Assembly: GCA_963817895.1 (NCBI GenBank)
Contig: CAWFQB010000003.1
Span: 160,001 to 224,000 of the forward strand
From: an uncultured Chthonomonadaceae bacterium
Lineage (GTDB): Bacteria > Armatimonadota > Chthonomonadetes > Chthonomonadales > Chthonomonadaceae
Length of the DNA: 64,000 nt
Reading direction: 5' to 3'
A program made the position numbers and the translations under genes. Positions within the stretch are counted from its first letter, which is position 1. Every line of letters begins with the position of its first letter. A model generated the notes under the pieces. The model made no database searches. It was not told the DNA's origin and was given only the letters and a program-made list of their open reading frames with translations. Shown piece by piece: positions 29,781 through 38,604 of the stretch.

Positions 29781-30796
29781 ATGGACCTGACCCTGCCGAA
29801 CATCCAGAAACTCGACTCCGATGCGAACTACGGCAAGTTCATTGTGGAGCCGCTGGAGCGCGGGTACGGGGTGACGCTGGGAAACTCCCTGCGCCGCGTG
29901 CTGCTGTCCTCGATACCGGGGGCGGCGATTACCTACGTCAAAATTGATAAAGTGCTGCACGAGTTCTCCACCATTCCCGGCGTGAAAGAAGATACGACGG
30001 AACTGTTGTTGAACCTCAAAGATGTGTTTGTCAAAGTGCATCAGAACGGAACCGGCGAACGGCACGAACCTGTGACCATCACCATTGACCGCAAGGGCGA
30101 AGGCGTTGTTACGGGCGCGGATGTGCATTGCCCCTCCGAAGTGGAAGTCGTCAACCCGGAAGCGTACATCGCGACCATCTCGGACGAGGATGCTCACCTG
30201 TTCGTGGAAATGACGATTGAAACCAACAAGGGCTATGTCCTCCCGGATCGTCAGGAGCGGCGCAGTCAAATGGGCATCGGCGTGATTCCGATGGGAGCCG
30301 CGTTTACGCCCGTGCGCAAGGTGAACTACACGGTGGAAGCCACGCGACAGGGATCGAACACGAACCTGGAGCGGCTGATACTGGAAGTGTGGACGAACGG
30401 CACGATTACGCCCGAAACGGCGATCAGCGAGGCCGCCAAAATCCTGAGCCAGTATTTCGGATATGTTCGCCAATTTCCGTGGCGGCACAGCAAGCCTGAT
30501 GCCGACGGGAACCAAGGCGCTGGAGGAGGGTGGCCCCGAACCGCCGTATCTGCGCATCGAGGAACTGGACTTCTCGGTTCGCACCTACAATTGCCTGAAA
30601 AAAGCCAACATTCTGACCATCAACGAACTCGTGCAGTTCACCGAAACCGACCTGATGCAGATTCGCAACTTCGGAAAGAAAATCGCTGACGGAAGTGCGC
30701 GAAAAACTTGGACAACTCGGCCTGTCGCTCAAAGGCGGCACAACCGTCAATCTGGATGACGACGACGAAGCCGATAACGATACAGATGAGGGGTAG
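29781..30796 (+). CDS. rpoA: RNA polymerase alpha subunit (two apparent frameshifts, near 30465 and 30680)
   Basis: [22 protein letters not shown] and [12 protein letters not shown]; the [20 protein letters not shown]...IRNFGKK is in a second frame and an acidic tail ending at TAG 30796 follows a further shift. Confidence 0.93.
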
Positions 30797-30924
30797 GTAA
30801 GAGATACGAGATACGAGATACGAGTTCAGAACCTGAACTAAGTTATTCCTTCATCTTGAAGGTTATCGAGTAGTAACCGGTTCTACTCGTATCTCGTATC
30901 TCTTACCTTTCCGAAGGAAAACAC

Positions 30925-31489
30925 ATGCGTCACCGCAAAGCCTATCGAAAGCTTGGATTGCCAAGCGACCAGCGGCGCGCGCTGCTGAAAAGTTTGACGC
31001 GCAGCGCTGCTGCTCAATGACCGCATCGTCACAACGGAAACGCGCGCCAAAGAAGTGCGTCCTATTGTGGAGAAACTTGTCACCATTGCCCGCAAGGGCG
31101 GCACGGAAGCCCCTGTTGCTATGCGCCTGCACACGCGCCGTCTGGTGCGCCGTTGGGTGGACAGCAACATTGACGAGTTTGTCCGCGACCCCTCCAACAA
31201 AGGTCCGCGCGGGGGCGCGAAAATCGCGCGCAACCCGTATTACGTTGTGCCGCGCCTGTTTGAAGAGATCGCGCCGCGCTACATGGATCGTCCGGGCGGC
31301 TACACGCGAATCACCAAAATCGGTTTCCGACGCGGCGATGCCGCTCCGCTTGTGCTGCTGGAGTTTGTGGAAGGCAATGAAGTTCCCATTCCCGAACCCG
31401 ACGCCACGCCCGGTCAGCGCCACTGTCACAAGCGAAGGCCGCAGAGGGCTGTTCGGATTGGGACGACGGAGAGGTTAGGTGATAGTTGA
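30925..31489 (+). CDS. rplQ: 50S ribosomal protein L17 (frameshift near 31005; 3' end uncertain)
   Basis: MRHRKAYRKLG...QRRALLKSL, then RIVTTETRAKEVR...RPGGYTRITKIGFRRGDAAP in another frame. Confidence 0.9.
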
Positions 31490-31577
31490 TAGTTGATAGT
31501 ATAATGCCACCCTCCTCTGCCAAATACGCTGAGAAGAAAACAAAGCGCCTATCAACTATCAACTATTAACTATCAAC
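31478..31577. repeat. Inverted tandem heptamer pair (TGATAGT)n / (ACTATCA)n
   Basis: Between rplQ and truA. Confidence 0.85.
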
Positions 31578-31578
31578 C

Positions 31579-32355
31579 ATGCCACACTTCAAAGCCACTG
31601 TAGAATACGACGGCACGAACTTTTCGGGGTTTCAGTGGCAGCACAACATCCGAACGGTGCAGGGGACGCTGGAAGCCGCGCTGTACGAGCGGACGCGGCA
31701 GACGGTACGGATTACGGGCGCGGGACGGACGGATGCGGGCGTTCATGCGTTGGGACAGGTCATCAGTTTCGAGTGTGAAACGACCATTCCGTTTCCGCGC
31801 ATGGCGATTGCCCTGAACAGCGCGTTGCCTTCGGATGTCACCATCCGGCAGGTAGAGATTGTAGATAGCAGTTTTAATGCGCGGTTTTCCGCGTCCTCGC
31901 GACTGTATGCGTATCTGATCCTGAACCGGGGTACGCCGTCCGCAATTTGGAGCCGTTACAGCGCGTTGCGTCCCGGTCCGCTGGATGTGACTGCGATGCA
32001 GGCGGCAGCGCAATGGATGCTGGGCGAACAGGATTTCGCGTGTTTTACAAACGAGTTGGTGGAGGGGCAAACCACGATGCGCGACATCATGCGTTTGCAA
32101 ATCCGACGCCATCATTCGTTTGTGCTGGCGCGTATCGAGGCCAACGCCTTTCTGCGCGGCATGGTGCGCAACATCATGGGAACGCTGATTGAAGTGGGCG
32201 CAGGCAAGAGGCAGGCGGACGACATTCCCCGACTGATTGCCACGCGCGAACGCAAACAGGCCGGCCCCACCGCGCCCGCGCAGGGTTTATGCCTGCTCAA
32301 AGCGCGTTACGGGATCCGAAGAGACTACAAGAGCGAGATAAGGTTTAAGGGGTAA
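31579..32355 (+). CDS. truA: tRNA pseudouridine(38-40) synthase
   Basis: YDGTNFSGFQ, GAGRTDAGVHA, NAFLRGMVR and TAPAQGL. Confidence 0.95.
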   Translation: MPHFKATVEYDGTNFSGFQWQHNIRTVQGTLEAALYERTRQTVRITGAGRTDAGVHALGQVISFECETTIPFPRMAIALNSALPSDVTIRQVEIVDSSFNARFSASSRLYAYLILNRGTPSAIWSRYSALRPGPLDVTAMQAAAQWMLGEQDFACFTNELVEGQTTMRDIMRLQIRRHHSFVLARIEANAFLRGMVRNIMGTLIEVGAGKRQADDIPRLIATRERKQAGPTAPAQGLCLLKARYGIRRDYKSEIRFKG

Positions 32356-32363
32356 GGGATAAG

Positions 32364-32442
32364 TAGATACAAGATACGAGATACGAGATACGAGCCAATT
32401 CCTGAACACCTGAACACCTGAATACCTGAACACCTGAACACC
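32364..32442. repeat. Hybrid tandem repeat (AGATACG)n + (CCTGAACA)n
   Basis: Between truA and rplM; the same composite occurs reversed at 4099-4160. Confidence 0.8.
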
Positions 32443-32464
32443 GGGTGTCGGAGCGAAACTTACG

Positions 32465-32935
32465 ATGAAAACCACCAAATCGGCTCGCGCCGAGGACATG
32501 GAAGCGCAGCGCGTCTGGTACATCATGGACGCGACCAACAAGCCGCTTGGACGGCTGGCGGTAGATGCGGCCAAAGTTCTGCGCGGCAAGCATAAGCCCA
32601 TTTTTACTCCCCATGTGGATACGGGCGACCACGTTATCATTATCAACGCCGACAAGGTGATCCTGACCGGCGCGACCAAACCGGGCGAACCCGTGTACCA
32701 CCATACCGGCTGGCCGGGTGCGCTGAAAAGCATCAAGCGGGCGGACGAGTTGGCGAAGAAGCCCGAAGAGGCTGTTCGCCGCGTCGTGCGCGGCATGATT
32801 CCGCACAACAAACTGGGCGACGCCGTTATCAAGAAATTGAAAGTCTACAGCGGCCCGACCCATCCGCATGAGGCGCAGGCGCCTATCATGTACACGGGCG
32901 GCATACAGGCTGATCCGACGAACAAGGGAGAGTAA
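32465..32935 (+). CDS. rplM: 50S ribosomal protein L13
   Basis: [22 protein letters not shown] and HPHEAQ. Confidence 0.96.
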   Translation: MKTTKSARAEDMEAQRVWYIMDATNKPLGRLAVDAAKVLRGKHKPIFTPHVDTGDHVIIINADKVILTGATKPGEPVYHHTGWPGALKSIKRADELAKKPEEAVRRVVRGMIPHNKLGDAVIKKLKVYSGPTHPHEAQAPIMYTGGIQADPTNKGE

Positions 32936-32937
32936 GC

Positions 32938-33333
32938 GTGGCAGACGGAAATCGCTTTTATGGAACCGGCAAGCGCAAAAACGCGATTGCCCGCGTGTGG
33001 ATTGCGCCCGGTTCAGGCACTGTGACCATCAACGACCGTCCGGCGGAAAAGTATCTCGGTCGGCGCGTCCTTGCGCAACTGATTCGGCAGCCGTTCACCG
33101 TCACAGAGACGGAAGGCCGCTTTGATGTGGTCGCGCATTGCAAGGGCGGCGGCATTTCCGGGCAGGCGGGAGCCGTCCGACATGGCATCTCCAAAGCCCT
33201 GTTGGAATCCGATCCCGAACTGCGCCCGCGCCTGCGCCGCACTGGTCTGCTGACCCGCGACCCCCGCGTAAAAGAGCGCAAAAAGTACGGTCGCAAACGC
33301 GCCCGCAGAGGCTTCCAGTTCAGCAAGCGGTAA
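32938..33333 (+). CDS. rpsI: 30S ribosomal protein S9
   Basis: [22 protein letters not shown] and [14 protein letters not shown]...QFSKR. Confidence 0.97.
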   Translation: MADGNRFYGTGKRKNAIARVWIAPGSGTVTINDRPAEKYLGRRVLAQLIRQPFTVTETEGRFDVVAHCKGGGISGQAGAVRHGISKALLESDPELRPRLRRTGLLTRDPRVKERKKYGRKRARRGFQFSKR

Positions 33334-33340
33334 GGAATTT

Positions 33341-33519
33341 AGACAGGATTAACAGGATTTTCAGGATTAACAGGATAACGAAGAGGGAACAGACTCGTCC
33401 AATAAGCGAGTTGTCAAGAGTTGCAATAGCTGGGTGTGCTATTTACATGCCGCCAGATGTTGCCTCTACCCATTGATGAAAAATCTTGTTAATCCTGAAA
33501 ATCCTGTTAATCCTGTCTA
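33341..33519. repeat. Inverted tandem nonamer pair (CAGGATTAA)n / (TTAATCCTG)n
   Basis: Downstream of rpsI. Confidence 0.85.
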
Positions 33520-33734
33520 TTTCTGTCCTTTTCCGTATGCGCCTCCGCACTTTGGCGGCTGGTCGTGTCGTCTTGATTGTATGCTGCAAAATCGGTCCAC
33601 TCCTGCCGATAATGAACCCTGTCGTTCTGTGTGTTTTACCGTACTCCGTCCCCTGTAGCTGTTTCCCGTAACTCGCTTCACATCGGCCTGCCTGCGCGTA
33701 TTTGCGTTTGGCAAGGCGCAGAGGAGGTTCCGCT

Positions 33735-34727
33735 TTGCCCCATTGCGTTCTCATGCCGCGAAATGGCCGTTCGCCGCAAATCAACCGCATTTTCCTGCTT
33801 GCGCTTTTGTTGGGCGCAATGTGTTGTCATACCGCTCACGCCGACCAATCCCTGACGCTGGAGTTGCCGCCGTCAAAGGAGGCGCAGGAGGCGCGGACGC
33901 TGGAAAAAGCGCGGCAGCGGGCGCAGACCGCGCATACCATAGTGACGCCGCGTTCCGGCGACGCGGGTTTACGCAGTCAGGGACGCTATCATCCTGAGCG
34001 GGGCGCGTTATCGTCGCGCGGGCAATCGGGCGGTGAGCGAGTAGTAGGACGATTGGGGCAGATGGATCGCGCCACCCCGATTCATCGCGGACGCAGTGAC
34101 AGCAGCGCGCAACTGACGACGGCAAGCGCGGGAACCTATCTTGCGGTGGAATCCGAGCAGGGCGACTGGTACGGTATCCTGATGGCGGACGGCTCTATGG
34201 GCTGGATACACAAGTCGAGTCTCCGCATGTTGGATTATCAGGTGGTTTCCAACGGGCAGTTGCCGACGCAGGAGGCTCCACAGTGGGGAACCGGCAGCAC
34301 GCCGGAGGGTATCGGGGGCGCGGATGTTTACCCGCGCAGTGACCGTCCCTATTTTACGGGCAGCCCGCAGGCGTTTTTGAGCGAAGCCTACAAATATCTT
34401 GGCGTTCCCTACGTGTGGGGCGGCAACACGTATGGCGGCATTGACTGTTCCGGGTTTGTCAAGAACGTATATGGCGCACTCGGTTTTCCCCTGCCCCGAC
34501 TCGGCTCCGACCAGATGGCGTATGGCGTGCCAGTTCCCGTAGATCAGTTGCAGCCGGGCGACCGACTGTATTTCACGCCGCGCACCGAGCGTTTAGGCGT
34601 CCACCACACGGGCTTTTACGTCGGCAACGGCTATTTCATCCATGCGTCTTCCGGCAAGCATCAGGTGACGGTAAGCAGCCTGAGCGAATCGTACTACCGC
34701 AAAAATTTCGTCTGCGCCCGCCGCTAA
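33735..34727 (+). CDS. Secreted SH3b + NlpC/P60 cell-wall peptidase
   Basis: TTG after GAGGAGG; signal peptide; SH3-like GDWYGI...GWI; YLGVPYVWGG..GIDCSGF and HHTGFYVGNGYFIHASS. Confidence 0.88.
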   Translation: MPHCVLMPRNGRSPQINRIFLLALLLGAMCCHTAHADQSLTLELPPSKEAQEARTLEKARQRAQTAHTIVTPRSGDAGLRSQGRYHPERGALSSRGQSGGERVVGRLGQMDRATPIHRGRSDSSAQLTTASAGTYLAVESEQGDWYGILMADGSMGWIHKSSLRMLDYQVVSNGQLPTQEAPQWGTGSTPEGIGGADVYPRSDRPYFTGSPQAFLSEAYKYLGVPYVWGGNTYGGIDCSGFVKNVYGALGFPLPRLGSDQMAYGVPVPVDQLQPGDRLYFTPRTERLGVHHTGFYVGNGYFIHASSGKHQVTVSSLSESYYRKNFVCARR

Positions 34728-34747
34728 TCTTCCTTACCCTTTAATCC

Positions 34748-34784
34748 AAAGCGTCACGTCTACATAGACGTGACGCTTTATTTT
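34748..34784 (+). terminator. Intrinsic terminator
   Basis: aaagcgtcacgtcta-ca-tagacgtgacgcttt followed by a T run. Confidence 0.7.
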
Positions 34785-35310
34785 GCCTGCGCACTTATCT
34801 CTGCAAATCTGATATCTGTCCCGCGATACAAACAAATTACCGGTCTGCATCGCTAATACAAGGAGGAATTATTTTTTGTGCGTGGAACAATCATTGTGTT
34901 AGAATGACACTTGCCGCATATTTGTAGAATTTTTCACGAAGAACTCTGCTGTTGCGGCAAATTCTTACTTATGCTTCTGCGCCATACGCTATAAAGCGCA
35001 AGGTGCAACAGTAATAGACAGGAGGGATATTGAGATGAAGCCGGATCGTTTTATGAAGGTTCTTATCGCGCTGCTCGCCATTGGGGTTTGGGGGCTGCTT
35101 CTGTCACCGTCCCGGGGAATAAATTCCTCGGCTGTGGTAACAAAGTCCGCCTGCGCGGACTACACCGTAAGATGGCGAGTTACACCGCATTGAGTCCGCG
35201 CAGGCGGACTTTGTTACCACAGCCGCGAGATTCATCTCACGGCGTTTCGTGGACTGGTATTGCGTCTATAAGAACTACATTGGGTTTGATCGGAAATGAG
35301 GCTGTAACAC

Positions 35311-35529
35311 ATGAGCGATACTTTAACTCCTCCCCACACAACATACAAAGCAGTCGTCCATACCGAAGAGGAGGGCGGTTACTGGGCGGAAGTGCCTGAA
35401 TTGCCCGGATGCTTCACGCAGGGCGATACGCTGGATGAACTGTACGACAACTTGCTTGAGGCAATTGCGTGTCATCTGGATGCCGCAAAAGACCGGGTTC
35501 GTGTAGGATTTTTGGAGATGGCGGCTTGA
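35311..35529 (+). CDS. hicB: HicB-family antitoxin (short)
   Basis: EEEGGYWAEVPELPGCFTQGDTLDEL..NLLEAI. Confidence 0.85.
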   Translation: MSDTLTPPHTTYKAVVHTEEEGGYWAEVPELPGCFTQGDTLDELYDNLLEAIACHLDAAKDRVRVGFLEMAA

Positions 35530-35729
35530 AAGCAGTTACGGGAACGCGCTTTTGCAAAGCGTTGCATCGCAACGGATGGACCTATCTGCGAACAAGTGGC
35601 AGCCATGAAACGTGGCATAAGGCAGGTTATGGCAATGTTACTGTGCCGGTTCACGCGGGCAAAGATATCAAGCCCGGTTTGCTGGCGAAACTGCTCAGAC
35701 AAACCGGCCTGACGCAGGCGGATTTGTGA
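35526..35729 (+). CDS. hicA: HicA-family toxin
   Basis: TTG overlapping the hicB stop; GW...RTSGSH...VTVPVH.GKDIKPGLL..LLRQTGL. Confidence 0.85.
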   Translation: MKAVTGTRFCKALHRNGWTYLRTSGSHETWHKAGYGNVTVPVHAGKDIKPGLLAKLLRQTGLTQADL

Positions 35730-35738
35730 AGAGTAGTT

Positions 35739-36398
35739 TCAGCGCGGCATTTGTTGTTTGGCCTGACGCTTCACTTTGTTTAATGACGACTCGATGCGCT
35801 CGATCTCTTTTAGCACATCCTGCGGGCGGAGGTCGGCTTCCAGTTCCCGCAGTTCAGCATCGGCTTCGTTGCTGATACCTAAATGGTTTTCAATGGCGTC
35901 CAGCATCTTGATAACGCGGGTAATTTCGTGTTCTGAGAGCAGGCCGACGTGTAAATCCAGTTCCGCGCGTTTGTCCGACTGCGCTCCCATGCGGTTCTGG
36001 CTGATAAGCACGAAGGTTGACAGGAAAATGGCTTCCAGCGACACAATCAGTGTCAGCAGTTGATAAGGGTAGGGATCGAAGGGCTTGAAGCCGAAGATGC
36101 TGCGCGGACTGCCCACGTTCATTACAATCCAGACGGTGAAAAATACGGCATGGATATATACAAACCACATGTTGCCGGAGAAATCCGTAATCACATCCGC
36201 GATACGATCCTGCCCGGTGCGGCTGTGGCGCTCCCGATAGCGCAACGCGGAGAGGGTTTGGATGTTGTTTTCAATGGACGCGCCCAACAGCGGGTTATCG
36301 GGCTGCTGATCCTGTATGATCTTCTCAAAGTCCGTATCCGCTTCCTCTTTGTGTACGCCCGCTTTACCGCCACGATCCCCATCGGAAAGAATAGCCAT
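35739..36398 (-). CDS. DUF1003-family membrane protein
   Basis: RIADVITDFSG, FDPYPYQLLTLIVSLEAIFLSTFVLISQNR and AELDLHVGLLSEHE. Confidence 0.85.
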   Translation of the reverse strand: MAILSDGDRGGKAGVHKEEADTDFEKIIQDQQPDNPLLGASIENNIQTLSALRYRERHSRTGQDRIADVITDFSGNMWFVYIHAVFFTVWIVMNVGSPRSIFGFKPFDPYPYQLLTLIVSLEAIFLSTFVLISQNRMGAQSDKRAELDLHVGLLSEHEITRVIKMLDAIENHLGISNEADAELRELEADLRPQDVLKEIERIESSLNKVKRQAKQQMPR

Positions 36399-36509
36399 GT
36401 CGTTCTTTCTCAACTGTCGCAAACCACACGCCAGTCTTCATTGACAAACTTCAGTAGATACATCTTCGTTCTCTGATTGTGCTGGCGGCAGCAAATAGAG
36501 GAAAACAGA

Positions 36510-37067
36510 TTATTCCCGTATACCGGCAATTGGCAAGTCTGTGTCCGCATGTCGGGCGGCGCTATTCGTAGATAGGAAGGTAGCGTCGTCCGCGCCGGAA
36601 TGAGATGTGGTATTCGCGTCAAGGATGCGCTGTACATTCGTCTCATCGCCCGGATGCGCGGCAACCGCAAGGACAATACCGCCTTCATGCAGGCCGCGTT
36701 CGTAATCGGAAGCTGTGTCTTCGGGAATGCCCGCGCCCACAAGCCAGCCTACGACGGAACCCGTGACGCCACCGCCACCCACGAACAGAGCCGCCAAAGC
36801 GCCCGCAGCGATCAGGCCTATTCCGGGTATGGCTACCGCGCTGATGGCGAGCAATCCCCCCAGTAACGCGCCCACGCCTCCGCCGATGGCAGCCGTTGAC
36901 GTTTCCTGTGCGCGTATGTTCGTCGCCTCGCTCAATTCCCGCGCTTCGTGGGCTTCCTTCATAATCACGCTGATTTCGTCAGACGTATACCCGTGTTGCT
37001 TTAATTCGGTAATGGCGTGTTCCGCCGCTGCCCGCGTGTCGAAAAGTCTGGTAATCAAGTGGGACAT
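36510..37067 (-). CDS. General stress protein (17M-like) with glycine-zipper TM segment
   Basis: LFDTRAAAEHAITEL...ISVI; GGGVGALLGGL..IPGIG...GAGIPED...YERGL. Confidence 0.7.
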   Translation of the reverse strand: MSHLITRLFDTRAAAEHAITELKQHGYTSDEISVIMKEAHEARELSEATNIRAQETSTAAIGGGVGALLGGLLAISAVAIPGIGLIAAGALAALFVGGGGVTGSVVGWLVGAGIPEDTASDYERGLHEGGIVLAVAAHPGDETNVQRILDANTTSHSGADDATFLSTNSAARHADTDLPIAGIRE

Positions 37068-37494
37068 GGATAAGCCTCGTTCCGCAATACTTCCGGTTGA
37101 GTATTCTTCCTGTACGAATACTGTTTTCAGCGCCCAATGGGACAATATCTCCTATGACGGCCTGCTCCTGCCCCTTTGTTCCCTTTCCTCAATACAAGAC
37201 TTGATTATTCGTCTATATCCTGCGTAAGAGAACAATCTATACCAAAATGGCGGTTTGGTTGTAAAGCTGAAAACCGGTTAAACAACCGGGAACAAAGCAA
37301 TTTCGACAATCGTTCTGACACTGTTCAACCTGAGCGAACGGCGATACCTGTCTGCCGGGTCTGTACCGTAGTTGTATGTGTTGACGGGCCTGTTGCGCCG
37401 TCCTGACTCTAATCCGGTTTCATATTTTTGCAGTTGTCGCGTTCGCGCAGGCACATCACCATCATCTCGCCATGTTGCGAGCAAGGAGTTTACC

Positions 37495-38199
37495 ATGTCT
37501 GACAGCCAGTTGGGGGATGCCCCCGCCATGCCGCAAGACTCGTATGACGATTACAACAAGCCTGATCCCGGTCCTGCCGAGAGCGCGGCGGAAGCCGCCG
37601 CGATCATGGGTATGACAGCGGATGGCGATGCCACTGCTACCTTTAATACGTCTACCGCCGCTGATAGCGCGGCGAGTAGCGTGGCAAGCAGTGTCGCCAG
37701 TGTGGCCGCGCCCATTGTGGATCAGGCGAAACAGCAGGCGCAAAAGGTTGTGGAACACACGCAGCGCAGGGCCGGGGAAGCCATTGATCAGGCGCGCGTT
37801 CGCACCAAAGGCTGGATTGAAACGCAGCTGGATGCCGCCGCCGATGGGCTGGACGGCATTGCCGGAGCGGTCAAGGATACCGGTGAGCAACTGCGGGCGC
37901 ACGATCCCAACAACATGGGACAGGTGGCGGATGTGGCAGCAAGCACGGCGGAAACCGTTCGCAATGTGTCTTCCCGCCTGCGCGACGCAACGGTAGACGA
38001 CATTATACGCGATACGGAACAGTTCGCGCGCCGTCAGCCCGGACTGTTCATTGGAGGCGTGTTCGTACTCGGCTTCATGCTGGCCCGCTTCCTGAAGAGT
38101 ACCGGCGGAGCGACGGGAGGTTCCGGGTACGCGCCCTCAACGGATCGCCTGCTGCCCGTTCCCATCCAACCGGATACGCAGCCGTACACAGGAGTTTAA
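37495..38199 (+). CDS. Helical stress-type protein with C-terminal TM anchor
   Basis: RBS AAGGAG; FARRQPGLFIGGVFVLGFMLARFLKS; first gene of a three-gene cluster. Confidence 0.7.
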   Translation: MSDSQLGDAPAMPQDSYDDYNKPDPGPAESAAEAAAIMGMTADGDATATFNTSTAADSAASSVASSVASVAAPIVDQAKQQAQKVVEHTQRRAGEAIDQARVRTKGWIETQLDAAADGLDGIAGAVKDTGEQLRAHDPNNMGQVADVAASTAETVRNVSSRLRDATVDDIIRDTEQFARRQPGLFIGGVFVLGFMLARFLKSTGGATGGSGYAPSTDRLLPVPIQPDTQPYTGV

Positions 38200-38208
38200 T
38201 AGCAAGCC

Positions 38209-38604
38209 ATGACGATGTATCAAGCTCCCCAACAAAAAGAGGATCGCTCTTTGGGCGAACTGCTGGGGCAATTGTCGCAGGACACGTTGACCCTTGTGCG
38301 GCAGGAATTGACGCTCGCCAAAACCGAGATGAGCCAGAAGCTGGCGAACGTCACCAAAAACATTGGCCTGTTGGTGGCGGGCGGCGCGTTGGCGTATGCG
38401 GGCGTCCTGATGCTCGTCGCCTCCCTTGCTCTGTTGCTGTATGAAGTATTTCATTTGCCCGGATGGGTGTCCGCTCTGCTTGTGGGCGCAATCGTGACGG
38501 GTATCGGCGGCGCGATGGTCATGAAGGGCATTAGCGCCATGCGCAGCGCCGACCTGACGCCGCATCAAACGCTGGATTCGCTGAAGGAGTTGAAACATGG
38601 CTGA
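38209..38604 (+). CDS. Phage-holin-family (YqjE/DUF1469-like) membrane protein
   Basis: DRSLGELLGQLSQD..TLVRQELTLAKTE, two TM helices and PHQTLDSLKE. Confidence 0.8.
   Translation: MTMYQAPQQKEDRSLGELLGQLSQDTLTLVRQELTLAKTEMSQKLANVTKNIGLLVAGGALAYAGVLMLVASLALLLYEVFHLPGWVSALLVGAIVTGIGGAMVMKGISAMRSADLTPHQTLDSLKELKHG

Noticed and set aside
29781..31489. Programmed frameshifting or pseudogenisation of rpoA and rplQ
   Set aside because: Both genes are essential, I see no consistent slippery sites, and indels are widespread in the window, so sequencing error is more likely.
35035..35193. Small signal-peptide-like ORF MKPDRFMKVLIALLAIGVWGLLL
   Set aside because: It has a plausible RBS but is only about 52 codons with no recognisable family. 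It may be a fragment, so it is not listed as a feature.
38209..38604. Prophage inferred from the holin-family gene
   Set aside because: There are no phage genes nearby, and this family typically occurs in chromosomal DUF3618 stress clusters.
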